24,572 bases of DNA from Candidatus Calescibacterium sp. (GCA_032249135.1 JAVVGL010000028.1:1-24572), one strand, 5' to 3'; positions 1-9,073 are shown, numbered from the stretch's first letter. Numbers and translations: made by a program. The notes: generated by a model from the sequence alone, not told the origin.

Positions 1-71
1 TGTATGTTATGGAAAATGGAGTTTTGAAATTTTTATTAGCTATGCTAACTATTTTGTTTTCACTACTATTT

Positions 72-416
72 TTATTCTTTTTTCTGTTGTTGGTTTTGAG
101 ATAAGTCAATAATTTTGTAAAGTAAGTTCTTTATATCTCTTACATCGTTTTCTATCCTTTCCATTCTCTTTTCCATAGAATCCATGCGAGCTTTCATCTC
201 TTTCATATCTCCTTTCATCTCCGCCATCTCCACTCTTATATTCCCCATCTCCTTCCTTATTTCTTTGTTATCCTCCTTTATCCTCTCTACTCTTCTTTCC
301 AGGAAATCAATCCTTCTATTTACATCATCAATTCTTTTGTTTATGATATGGGTAGCAAGTGCAATAAAGCTTCCTATAACCCCTGCTGTTCCTATTATTA
401 TGCTAAAAATTTGCAA
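72..416 (-). CDS. Small membrane-anchored coiled-coil (heptad-repeat) hypothetical protein
   Basis: N-terminal hydrophobic helix (IFSIIIGTAGVIGSFIALAT) followed by about 11 heptads (IDDVNRR/IDFLERR/VERIKED/.../MAEMKGD/MKEMKAR/MDSMEKR/MERIEND). TTG start is uncertain. Confidence 0.7.
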   Translation of the reverse strand: MQIFSIIIGTAGVIGSFIALATHIINKRIDDVNRRIDFLERRVERIKEDNKEIRKEMGNIRVEMAEMKGDMKEMKARMDSMEKRMERIENDVRDIKNLLYKIIDLSQNQQQKKE

Positions 417-519
417 TCCATCAATAATATTTATTTTAACCTTAAAACTTATTTTTTCATTTTTCCGCTAATCCTACTTCTCACTCTTTACCTCTGCTTT
501 GATATATGTTCAGTTCTAT

Positions 520-1323
520 TTATTTTTTCAAAGACAATATAATTTGTCCTGCGAGATTAAAAAATACAGAAAGAGAAGTTAGAGCAAGTCCGGGGTACAT
601 CACAAGTTCTGGATGAGTTAAGATAAAATCTATTTCATCTGCTATTATTGACCCCAAAGAGAGAGATTGAGCTGGGCGAAGTCCCAAAAATCCGAGTCCT
701 CCCTCCGCCAGTATAAAAGCTGAGAATGAAAACATAAGTTGAGTCAAAGTTGCAGGCAAAACAAAAGGGAAAATATACCTTGCAAGTATTTTTCCTGTTC
801 CTAATCCTATTACTTTTGCTGAAATGACAAATTCTGCATCTTTTATTTTCATAGTCTCTGCTCTTGCGAGTCTTGCAAAAGGCGTCCATCCGAACAAACT
901 TAAAGATATGATTATTTTTTCATCTCCTTCTCCCCACAAAGCTACGATAAAAATTACAAAAATAAGCGATGGAAACCCTTGAAAAAATTCTATTGTTCTA
1001 CTTATTAAAGTGTCCCATATTCCCCCGAAGTAACCTGCAATTGTTCCCAAGGTCATACCTAAAATAAAGCATATAAAAGAGGTTATGGAGGCTACTTTAA
1101 GTGATGTAAGAATCCCTTTTCCTATCATGCAAGCTATATCTTGGCCGAGCTCATTTTTTCCCAAAATAAAATCCAAAGATGGTTTGAGAAACCTATTTTC
1201 TATATCTATTTCGTAAGGCGAACATCCAGAAGTTAAGTAGTATATCAAAAGAGAAAGAGGATATACCAAAAATATGAACGGAAGAATTATTTTTGTTTTT
1301 ACAAGCAATCTCGTTTCTCTCAC
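520..1323 (-). CDS. ABC transporter permease, DppC/OppC family
   Basis: LGKNELGQD motif, GTIAGYFGG, FARLARAE and EAA loop (EFVISAKVIGL), AEGGLGFLGL; multiple TM helices; GTG start. Confidence 0.9.
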   Translation of the reverse strand: MRETRLLVKTKIILPFIFLVYPLSLLIYYLTSGCSPYEIDIENRFLKPSLDFILGKNELGQDIACMIGKGILTSLKVASITSFICFILGMTLGTIAGYFGGIWDTLISRTIEFFQGFPSLIFVIFIVALWGEGDEKIIISLSLFGWTPFARLARAETMKIKDAEFVISAKVIGLGTGKILARYIFPFVLPATLTQLMFSFSAFILAEGGLGFLGLRPAQSLSLGSIIADEIDFILTHPELVMYPGLALTSLSVFFNLAGQIILSLKK

Positions 1324-1394
1324 AGATAAAATAGAAATTAAAAGAAGATCAGAAATTTAAAAAAATTGTTGAATTATAAAAAATCTTGGTCGTT

Positions 1395-1400
1395 TATAAT
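1395..1400 (+). promoter_or_regulatory. Putative -10 box (TATAAT) 8 nt upstream of the gcvH ATG; leaderless-type arrangement
   Basis: TATAAT-ttatttgc-ATG with no Shine-Dalgarno in between. Confidence 0.55.
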
Positions 1401-1408
1401 TTATTTGC

Positions 1409-1810
1409 ATGCCAAAGTATGAGGTACCTTTGGATCTTATGTATACTGAGGAGCATGAGTGGGTCAGGATAACCGATAATGTCGCAATTTGCGGCATAAC
1501 AGATTATGCTCAAAAAAGTCTGTCTGACATAATATTCGTTGAATTACCAGAGATTGGAAAATTTGTAAATAGGGGTGATGTGGTATGCACGGTTGAATCT
1601 GTAAAAGCAGTTTCAGATGTATTTTCTCCTGTATCAGGTGAAATAATAGAGGTTAATAAACAGCTTGAAAAAGAGCCATCTTTTATAAATAAATCCCCTT
1701 ACGGTGATGGTTGGATTTTCAAAGTCAAAATTTCAGATAGAGATTTTTCTCATTTACTTACACCTGAAAAATATTTAGAGCTTCTGCAAAAAATAGAGGA
1801 AGGAAGATAG
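1409..1810 (+). CDS. gcvH: Glycine cleavage system H protein (lipoyl carrier)
   Basis: YTEEHEW, GITDYAQ, VESVKAVSD (lipoyl-lysine), SPVSGEI, INKSPYGDGW. Confidence 0.96.
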   Translation: MPKYEVPLDLMYTEEHEWVRITDNVAICGITDYAQKSLSDIIFVELPEIGKFVNRGDVVCTVESVKAVSDVFSPVSGEIIEVNKQLEKEPSFINKSPYGDGWIFKVKISDRDFSHLLTPEKYLELLQKIEEGR

Positions 1811-1841
1811 ATTTTGGTTTTTATATAGATTCTGGTTTTAT
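1807..1841. repeat. Imperfect direct repeat ATAGATT(T/C)TGGTTTT x2, 18-bp period, in the convergent gcvH/mscS gap
   Basis: atagattttggtttt at 1807 and atagattctggtttt at 1825. Confidence 0.6.
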
Positions 1842-1849
1842 TGATATTT

Positions 1850-2899
1850 TTAATTTTGATTTTCTGATTTCAAATATACTGTTCTTGTTGGAAATGGAAT
1901 TTCTATTCCTTCTTTTTTATATCTTTCGTGAAGTCGTTTTATGAACTCGTGAATGAGAAAAGAGCGAGAATTAATTTCTTTTGCTCTTAGTATAACAGTG
2001 AAATTTATGCTGAAATCCCCAAAAGTATGGAAACGCACAAGTGGTTCAAATTCTGGAACACCTCCGTCTACTTCCTTCAAAACTTCTTTTGCAACCTCTT
2101 TTGTAATTTGTTCAACTTTTTTGAGATCGCTTTGATAACTTACTCCAACATTTATAATTACCGCGAGTTCTTTATCTGGCATGCTAAAATTTGTTATTGA
2201 TGAGTTTATGATCTTTGAATTTGGAATGAAAATTATGTTGTTCTGCAATGTTAAGATAATGGTATTCCTCCAAGTTATATCAACAACATAACCCTCTTCT
2301 CCGGAGTCAAGTTTTATATAGTCTCCGGGTCTTATTTGCTTTGATGCTAAAACTTGTAGTCCAGCAAAAAAGTTTGATAATGTGCTCTGTAAAGCAAGAG
2401 CAACGGCTAATCCACCTACTCCCAAAGTCGTCAGTATAGGAGTGATTGATATTCCTAAGGATTGAAGTATAATAAGTATTCCTATTGTGTATATTCCAAT
2501 CTTTATTACATTTCCTATGAGAGACGTAGCAGGTAAAGTACCAAGCTCTCTTTTCCTCAAATATACTTCTGCTATCTTTGAAATAGCTTGTGATAGAACA
2601 TGAGTTAAAGAGAATATAAACAAAGAAGTAATGATTTTCTTTATTGCTTCAATATGAAATTTCTCAAACTCTAATTTTTTTATGTTTATTGATATTATTA
2701 TTCCTAAAAGAACAAACCAGAGTATAATGGGTTTTCTTAGTGATTCCAAAAGAACTTTGAGCTCAGCAAAATTTGAGTCTTTTTTTATAGATTTCAAGAT
2801 ACGATTTAGTACTATGTTTTCAAAAATAAGTCCTATTGCAAGAGAAAAAATCAATATTGAAGTAAATATGGTAATGTCTTCTATTTTTTCCCAGTTCAT
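1850..2899 (-). CDS. mscS: Small-conductance mechanosensitive channel, MscS family with extra N-terminal TM helices
   Basis: LGVGGLAVALALQSTLSNFFAG, IRPGDYI, GYVVDITWRNT, IPNSKI, GIEIPFPTRTV. Confidence 0.95.
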   Translation of the reverse strand: MNWEKIEDITIFTSILIFSLAIGLIFENIVLNRILKSIKKDSNFAELKVLLESLRKPIILWFVLLGIIISINIKKLEFEKFHIEAIKKIITSLFIFSLTHVLSQAISKIAEVYLRKRELGTLPATSLIGNVIKIGIYTIGILIILQSLGISITPILTTLGVGGLAVALALQSTLSNFFAGLQVLASKQIRPGDYIKLDSGEEGYVVDITWRNTIILTLQNNIIFIPNSKIINSSITNFSMPDKELAVIINVGVSYQSDLKKVEQITKEVAKEVLKEVDGGVPEFEPLVRFHTFGDFSINFTVILRAKEINSRSFLIHEFIKRLHERYKKEGIEIPFPTRTVYLKSENQN

Positions 2900-3032
2900 A
2901 TTATTTTTTTTATTTATTTTTTATGATTTTTCATTCTGATTATTTATTGGCTCTAATATTTTTTCAACTTTTATACTTTTTTGTTTTACTTCCAGTTTTT
3001 TAATTTATTATTTTTTATTTTTTTCGTTTAAA

Positions 3033-3040
3033 AAGGAGGG
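3033..3040 (+). promoter_or_regulatory. Shine-Dalgarno sequence for galU
   Basis: AAGGAGGG about 10 nt upstream of ATG 3051. Confidence 0.6.
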
Positions 3041-3050
3041 TATTTACTTT

Positions 3051-3923
3051 ATGGAAGTTAGTAATTTTGGGAGTGATGTAAAGGTAGCAGTTATACCTGC
3101 AGCTGGATTTGGAACAAGATTGCTTCCAGCTACCAAAGTCATCTCAAAAGAACTTTTTCCTATATATGATAGACCAGCTATACATATTACTGTGTCAGAA
3201 TGTGTGAAAGCCGGAATAAAGGAAATAATACTTGTTCTCTCCCGGAGAAAGATGGATATTTTGAGATATTTTGAAAAAGATAATGAGCTTGAAAGTTTTC
3301 TTGAAGAGAAGGGAAAGAAAAACCTTTTAGCCCCACTTGAAATTTTCAAGGATGTAAAAATAGATTATGTTATTCAGGAAAAGCAAAATGGTTTAGGAGA
3401 TGCAGTTTTATGTGCAAGGGAAAAGGTTGGTCAAAGAAATTTTGCAGTTTTGCTCCCTGATGATATATATATACCTTCGGACGGACGTCCAGCCATCTCT
3501 ATTTTAATTGAGAAATTTTTGGTGCTTCGGCAAAAGGAAGAAATAAATCCAAAAGCGGTTTTATTATTAAGAAATGTTCCAAAAGAGAAAATCAAAAATT
3601 ATGGTGTTGTTTATATTAAAAAAAGGATAGGGAACTTTTTAATTGTAGGAGGTGTTGTGGAAAAACCAGCCCCAGAAATTGCTCCATCTCGGTTTGCTAT
3701 TGTTGGAAGATATGTTTTTTCGCCGGAAATATTTGATTGGATACAAAAAGAAAAACCAGATGAAAAAGGTGAAATTCAACTTGCTAGTGCTATTGGAAAT
3801 TGTTCCTATTCTGATACTGTTGTGGGCGTATCGGTAAAAGGCAAATGGTTAGATATAGGAAGTCCGGAAGGTTATGTAAAAGCTAATATGTTTTTTGCAA
3901 AAAATAAAAGATTCCTTTATTGA
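3051..3923 (+). CDS. galU: UTP--glucose-1-phosphate uridylyltransferase
   Basis: AVIPAAGFGTRLLPATKVISKELFPI, QxxQNGLGDAV, FAVLLPDD, VVEKP, AIVGRY, GEIQL, DIGSPEGY. Confidence 0.93.
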   Translation: MEVSNFGSDVKVAVIPAAGFGTRLLPATKVISKELFPIYDRPAIHITVSECVKAGIKEIILVLSRRKMDILRYFEKDNELESFLEEKGKKNLLAPLEIFKDVKIDYVIQEKQNGLGDAVLCAREKVGQRNFAVLLPDDIYIPSDGRPAISILIEKFLVLRQKEEINPKAVLLLRNVPKEKIKNYGVVYIKKRIGNFLIVGGVVEKPAPEIAPSRFAIVGRYVFSPEIFDWIQKEKPDEKGEIQLASAIGNCSYSDTVVGVSVKGKWLDIGSPEGYVKANMFFAKNKRFLY

Positions 3924-3960
3924 TTTTTTGATATAACAAAATTTCTTTTCAAATTTAAAT

Positions 3961-4920
3961 ATGAAGTTTTTGATTTTTGGAGCTGGAGCAATAGGTTCCG
4001 CTATTGGATCAAAACTTTCCCAATCGGGTCACGAGGTACATTTGCTCGGAAGAAAAGAGCATATTATTGCAATTCAAAAAAACGGTCTTGATATAGATGG
4101 AATATGGGGAAAATATAATGTAAAAGATTTTTATCTGCATACTGAACCACCACAAGATACTTTTTATGATGTTGTTTTTATAACTGTAAAAACTTTTTCC
4201 ACCGAACAAGCAGCTAAAATAATTTCGCAAAACAATATAAAGGCTAAAATTTTCATTTCCGCTCAAAACGGTTTAGGAAATTATGAGATCCTTTCAAATT
4301 ACATAAGTCCGGTTGCTTGTGCAAGGATTATTTTTGGAGTCGTCTTCAATTCTCCCGGAAAAATAAACATCACAGTTTGGGGAGGTCCTATTCTTTTAGG
4401 TTTTTGGGAGAAAAATTACGACCAAGATTTAAAAAGATTTTTGATCAAAGTTGCCGAAGTTTTATCAGAATCTGGATTACCTTCCGAGTTCTGTAATGAT
4501 ATAAGAACCCCAATATGGGAGAAAGCTATTTATAACTCTGCATTAAACCCTCTGAGTGTGATTTTAAACTCAACTTACGGCGAAGTTGTAGATAATGAAT
4601 TTTCTTGTGCTATCGTAAAAGAAATAATATCAGAAGGAGTTTATGTTGGGAAAAAAGAAGGAGCAAATCTACCTGAAAATTTTTTTGATTATTTCATGCA
4701 AAAACTTATACCACCAACAAGCTCTCACATTTCAAGCATGATTCAAGATATAAAATTGAGAGGTAAAACAGAAATTGATTCCATGTGTGGAGCTATCGTA
4801 AAATATGGATTAAAGCACAATTTTTTCCCAAAAGTTAATTTCACAATGTGGAAATTGATCAAATCGATAGAAAGAATAAATGAAAAACACGAACAAAAAA
4901 TAAGTAGAGAAACTATCTAA
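3961..4920 (+). CDS. panE: 2-dehydropantoate 2-reductase (ketopantoate reductase)
   Basis: Rossmann GAGAIG, TVKT, QNGLG, WEKAIYNSALNPLS, SSMIQD, TEIDSMCGAIV. Confidence 0.92.
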   Translation: MKFLIFGAGAIGSAIGSKLSQSGHEVHLLGRKEHIIAIQKNGLDIDGIWGKYNVKDFYLHTEPPQDTFYDVVFITVKTFSTEQAAKIISQNNIKAKIFISAQNGLGNYEILSNYISPVACARIIFGVVFNSPGKINITVWGGPILLGFWEKNYDQDLKRFLIKVAEVLSESGLPSEFCNDIRTPIWEKAIYNSALNPLSVILNSTYGEVVDNEFSCAIVKEIISEGVYVGKKEGANLPENFFDYFMQKLIPPTSSHISSMIQDIKLRGKTEIDSMCGAIVKYGLKHNFFPKVNFTMWKLIKSIERINEKHEQKISRETI

Positions 4921-4922
4921 AA

Positions 4923-6644
4923 CTAAAAGATACATTTTTCATCTTCCTCTTTGCATAAATTTACTTTCTCTTTTATTTCCTCTATATTTATATCTTTGAA
5001 ATTTGAAGTATTACATATGCCGATGCATAAGATGTTTTTTCTTTTCTTGATTTCTTCAATTATGTCTTTTGCCGCCAAATTTTCTCTCAACGGAATAAGA
5101 TGGATTTCTTTTTTCCCGTCCTCTGATGTAATTTCTTTTACAAGTATGTGCCCCACAGTATATTTTCTTTCCTTTGATACCAGGTGGAAGATTATGGGGA
5201 CGGAAACGAAGAAAAGAGATAAAATTACATAGAAAAACTTTGTTTTCTTTATTGAAAGAAAAAATAGGAAGGAAAAGAAAAGGACTAATTCTGGTGGAAC
5301 TTTTATTTTTGGATAAAAAACAAATGGTTCAACAACAGAAGAAAACATCTCTGCTAAAATTGAAGAAATTTTTACAAGCAGAGATGATAGATAGAAAAGA
5401 AAAAATCCAATAGGTTCAAACAGAAAACCAAAAACTAATCCGAATATTCCGAGCATTATAACAGCTGAAAATAAAGGAACAAATATAAAATTTGCTAATG
5501 GTGATACCAAAGATATGGGGAGACCAGATGATATTGATATTGGGAGAGTACCTACCGATGCAATCAGAGAAGTTATAAAAAGCAACTTCAATTTTCCTTT
5601 TACTTTTGGTATAAAAACTATGAGGAAAAGAACAGATGAGAATGAGAGGAGAAAAGATAAATCCCAAAGGTCAAATGGGTTAAAAAGCAATATAAAAAAT
5701 CCCGACGCAAAAAGAGAGTTTAGTAAAGAATACGGTTTTTTAGCTATCAAAGACACAGAGAAGATTGAGCTCATTATAAATGCCCGAACTGCGGGTTTTG
5801 TCATTCCGCTTACGAAAAGAAAGAAAATCTGTAAAATCAAAGAGAAAAAAGCTTTTATTATGTATGGTTGTATTACAAATTTTGTATATCTCAAAATTAA
5901 CCAAGATACAGCTTCCCCTATAAAATAGCCTACAAGAGCTATTGTCGCAAAGTGGGAGCCTGATATTGCTATCACATGAACAACTCCAAGCTTTGAAAAA
6001 TCTAAAATTATTCTTTCGTTCTCATTTTCGTTTGTGCCAAATATTGTTGCCTCAAGAATGAACCATTCATCTCCTCTTTCCGTCCCAGAAATTAAAATCT
6101 CTTTGCTTTTCTTTCTTATTTTGCTCAAAAATTTTTCTATCCCTTCATTCTCTATTTTCCTGAAAAAAATGATTCTGTTGCATAGATACCATCCAGTTTT
6201 TAACTTTCTTATTTTTTTGCATCCTAGTAGTGTTCTATCAAAAACATCAAATCCTTCCTTATTTTTTATTAGGTCTCGTGGGATCCTTATATATGAACCA
6301 CTTTTTTCCCAATTTGATTCTAAATCTTTTTTTACATATTCCGCTTGAATTATAAAAGAATTCGGAGTCAAATTTATAATTTTACCGACTACAAACTTAC
6401 CTCCTTTATCTTTTTCCATAGATGAAAAAAGGAAAAGAAAAGATATAGCGAACAAAAATATTGAGAACTCAAATTTTTTTGTGAGGAAAAAAGCTATGGT
6501 AAAAAGAACTAACAAAATTGCAAGTGCATAGATAAAATTTTCAAGTATCCCCCAGCTTTCAATCCCTATGACAGCTCCAAAAAGAGGAACTATAAATGGA
6601 AATTTTAAAATTAGCTTGTGAATCTCTTCTCTTAATTTCTGCAC
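4923..6644 (-). CDS. comEC: ComEC/Rec2 competence DNA-uptake channel (no C-terminal metallo-beta-lactamase domain)
   Basis: GVVHVIAISGSH, PAVRAFIM, LLFNPFDLWDLSFLLSF, SPLANFIFVP; many TM helices; GTG start uncertain. Confidence 0.9.
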   Translation of the reverse strand: MQKLREEIHKLILKFPFIVPLFGAVIGIESWGILENFIYALAILLVLFTIAFFLTKKFEFSIFLFAISFLFLFSSMEKDKGGKFVVGKIINLTPNSFIIQAEYVKKDLESNWEKSGSYIRIPRDLIKNKEGFDVFDRTLLGCKKIRKLKTGWYLCNRIIFFRKIENEGIEKFLSKIRKKSKEILISGTERGDEWFILEATIFGTNENENERIILDFSKLGVVHVIAISGSHFATIALVGYFIGEAVSWLILRYTKFVIQPYIIKAFFSLILQIFFLFVSGMTKPAVRAFIMSSIFSVSLIAKKPYSLLNSLFASGFFILLFNPFDLWDLSFLLSFSSVLFLIVFIPKVKGKLKLLFITSLIASVGTLPISISSGLPISLVSPLANFIFVPLFSAVIMLGIFGLVFGFLFEPIGFFLFYLSSLLVKISSILAEMFSSVVEPFVFYPKIKVPPELVLFFSFLFFLSIKKTKFFYVILSLFFVSVPIIFHLVSKERKYTVGHILVKEITSEDGKKEIHLIPLRENLAAKDIIEEIKKRKNILCIGICNTSNFKDINIEEIKEKVNLCKEEDEKCIF

Positions 6645-6722
6645 TATACATTCATTAAGTTATTAAATTTAAAAAAAGAGAACATAATTTGAATTAACTT
6701 TTTTGTATCTTTGAATTCAGGT

Positions 6723-8252
6723 ATGGGAAAAGTATCAAAGATTTTCTCCGCCGGAGTTATAGGAATAGATGCTTATGATGTAGAAGTTGAAGTAGATATA
6801 TCGCAAGGAATACCATCTTTTAATATAGTTGGTCTCCCAGATTCTGCTGTCAAAGAAAGCAGAGATAGAGTAAAAAGTGCGATAAAAAATTCTGGATTTG
6901 ATTTCCCTTTAAGAAGAATTACAGTCAATCTCGCACCGGCGGACATAAAAAAAGAAGGTTCTTTTTATGATCTACCAATAGCTCTCGGAATTCTCTCGTC
7001 CGAAGGAATAATAAACTCATCTGAAATCCAAAATTTTATTTTCGTAGGAGAGCTATCACTTGATGGTAGATTGAAAGGTGTAAGCGGTATCGTTCCAATA
7101 GCAGTTTATGCAAAACAAAAAGGTGTAAAGATAATCGCTCCCGAGGAAAATACAGAAGTTGAATACACAGGGGTTAAGGGATTTTATGCCAGAAATCTAT
7201 CAGATGTTATTAAGTTTTTCAAAGGAGAATTAGAACTTCCTCCTATACCATCAAGGAGTTTAGATTTAAGTAAGTCAAATTATTTTGAGGTAAAGATAGA
7301 TGATATAAAAGGGCATGAATTTGTCAAAAGGGCTCTCCTGGTTTCAGCCTGTGGAGGACACAACTTACTTATGATAGGTCCTCCGGGAGCCGGGAAGACA
7401 TTGCTTGCAAAATCTATCATTTCAATTTTACCTCCGCTCGAACATGAAGAAGAGATTGAAGTGATGAAAATATACTCTGTTGCTGGATTAAAAAGAGAGT
7501 TAGGAATGAGACCTTTCAGAGCGCCTCATTACACCATATCAGATGTTGCGATGGTTGGCGGGGGCTCCATCCCAAAGCCAGGGGAAGTATCTCTTGCTCA
7601 TAGAGGAGTTCTTTTTCTTGATGAACTTCCAGAATTTAAAAGACACACCCTTGAAGCTTTAAGGATTCCGATTGAAGAAAAGCGCGTCACGATTTCTCGT
7701 GCTCAAAGAACCATAACATTTCCTGCAAGCTTTCAGCTCATTTCCGCTATGAACCCTTGCCCTTGTGGAAATTTCAGAAATCCAAAAAAGGAATGTAGAT
7801 GCAATCCCTCACAGATAAAAAAATATGTTTCAAAAATATCGGGACCATTGCTTGATAGATTTGATATGTTCATTGAAGTTCCGGCTCTTGAGGCTGATGA
7901 AATTTTCTCTTCAAAAAGCACATCAGAAACAGATAGTTTCCGAGAAAAAGTCATTGAGGTAAGGAAAATTCAGCGAGAAAGATATAAAGAATATGGATTT
8001 TTCCTCAACTCCGAAATACCTCCCTCTTTGCAAGATAAATTTCTCACACTTGATCAGAAAGGAGAGGAGATTTTGAAGGATGCTATAAGAAAATTCTCTT
8101 TATCTGCAAGGGCTGTTTTTAGGATCTTGAAAATATCAAGAACAGTAGCCGACATCTACGGCAGTGAAGATATAAAAACTGAACACATTCTTGAAGCACT
8201 GAGTTTCAGAAGAGCTGAAAACTTTTTCAACTTTGATTACTTAAATTTCTAA
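6723..8252 (+). CDS. comM: YifB/ComM Mg-chelatase-like AAA+ ATPase
   Basis: IVGLPDSAVKESRDRV, RITVNLAPADIKKEGSFYDLPIA, Walker A GPPGAGKT, RPFRAPH, GEVSLAHRGVLFLDELPEF, AMNPCPCG zinc motif, SGPLLDRFD. ATG 6723 preferred over TTG 6711. Confidence 0.95.
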   Translation: MGKVSKIFSAGVIGIDAYDVEVEVDISQGIPSFNIVGLPDSAVKESRDRVKSAIKNSGFDFPLRRITVNLAPADIKKEGSFYDLPIALGILSSEGIINSSEIQNFIFVGELSLDGRLKGVSGIVPIAVYAKQKGVKIIAPEENTEVEYTGVKGFYARNLSDVIKFFKGELELPPIPSRSLDLSKSNYFEVKIDDIKGHEFVKRALLVSACGGHNLLMIGPPGAGKTLLAKSIISILPPLEHEEEIEVMKIYSVAGLKRELGMRPFRAPHYTISDVAMVGGGSIPKPGEVSLAHRGVLFLDELPEFKRHTLEALRIPIEEKRVTISRAQRTITFPASFQLISAMNPCPCGNFRNPKKECRCNPSQIKKYVSKISGPLLDRFDMFIEVPALEADEIFSSKSTSETDSFREKVIEVRKIQRERYKEYGFFLNSEIPPSLQDKFLTLDQKGEEILKDAIRKFSLSARAVFRILKISRTVADIYGSEDIKTEHILEALSFRRAENFFNFDYLNF

Positions 8253-8261
8253 TTTTGATAT

Positions 8262-9047
8262 ATGAGAGAAGATGAAAAAGCTTTTGAGCTTTTCGTGAAA
8301 ACTTTCAACATTAAAGTAAATCACCAACAAGATAAAGTTTCTCTTCTAAAAGATATTCTGAGAGCATTCTCAAAAATTCCTTATGAGAACATCACAAAGC
8401 ACGATTTTTATAAAAAAAAGTTTATTTCTCCATATGATATTATGATGAATTTTGTTTTGTACGGAGCAGGAGGAACTTGTTTTCCTCTCGTTTATTTTCT
8501 CAAAAGAATTCTTGATTTTTTTGGATTTAATTCTTTCATAGCTCTTGCAGATAGAACTTATGCTCCCTCGTCCCACTGTGTAGTTTTTGTTCGGATAAAA
8601 GATGAGATTTTTCTTACCGATGTTGGATTCTCTGTTTTTGTTCCAGTAAAGATTGAATATCCTAAAACTTTGATTAGTTTAAATCAAGGCAAACTTGAAT
8701 TTGTGTTGCAAGGTGATAGATTAGATGTTTTCTCTGTTTTTGATAATGGACATAGAAAATTTAGATATTCTACTTTTTTGAAACCTTGCTCTTTTGATGA
8801 GTTCTTTTCAGCTTGGGAAAAAACTTACGAGTTTGAAATGATGAACCATATTATAATAGTCAAGGAAAGATCAGATGAGCTTGTATATATAAGAGATAAC
8901 TTTGTTCATTTTATCAAAAATGGTGTATCAAGGAATTTGAAAATGTCACTTGATGATGTTAGAAAAATTGTTGTCTCACTTGGAATTGAAGAAAAAATTT
9001 TTAATAGAGCCGTTTCAAATTTAGGTTTAAAAGATAAAGAAATTTGA
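8262..9047 (+). CDS. Arylamine N-acetyltransferase family protein
   Basis: IPYENI motif and Cys-His-Asp triad contexts GGTCF, SSHC and TDVGF. Confidence 0.8.
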   Translation: MREDEKAFELFVKTFNIKVNHQQDKVSLLKDILRAFSKIPYENITKHDFYKKKFISPYDIMMNFVLYGAGGTCFPLVYFLKRILDFFGFNSFIALADRTYAPSSHCVVFVRIKDEIFLTDVGFSVFVPVKIEYPKTLISLNQGKLEFVLQGDRLDVFSVFDNGHRKFRYSTFLKPCSFDEFFSAWEKTYEFEMMNHIIIVKERSDELVYIRDNFVHFIKNGVSRNLKMSLDDVRKIVVSLGIEEKIFNRAVSNLGLKDKEI

Positions 9048-9073
9048 GGGAAAGAAATTTAATTTTAGATCCT

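Noticed and set aside
1..30. 30-mer ending GGAGTTTTGAAAT resembles the 3' end of thermophile CRISPR repeats
   Set aside because: Single copy, no repeat-spacer periodicity, no cas genes in the window.
36..48. Small inverted repeat TTAGC-TAT-GCTAA downstream of the coiled-coil gene
   Set aside because: A 5-bp stem is too weak and expected by chance.
184..542. Plus-strand ORFs 184-471 and 348-542
   Set aside because: Antisense shadows of the purine-rich coiled-coil gene and spacer; their hydrophobicity is a complement artefact.
4951..6348. Several plus-strand ORFs inside comEC (79-137 aa)
   Set aside because: Antisense to a well-supported membrane-protein gene; no recognisable motifs.
6638..6665. 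TCTGCACTATA-CATTCA-TTAAGTTATTA as a dif site
   Set aside because: Only 5/11 and 7/11 arm matches to E. coli dif, lacks the ATAA..TTAT core, and overlaps the comEC start.
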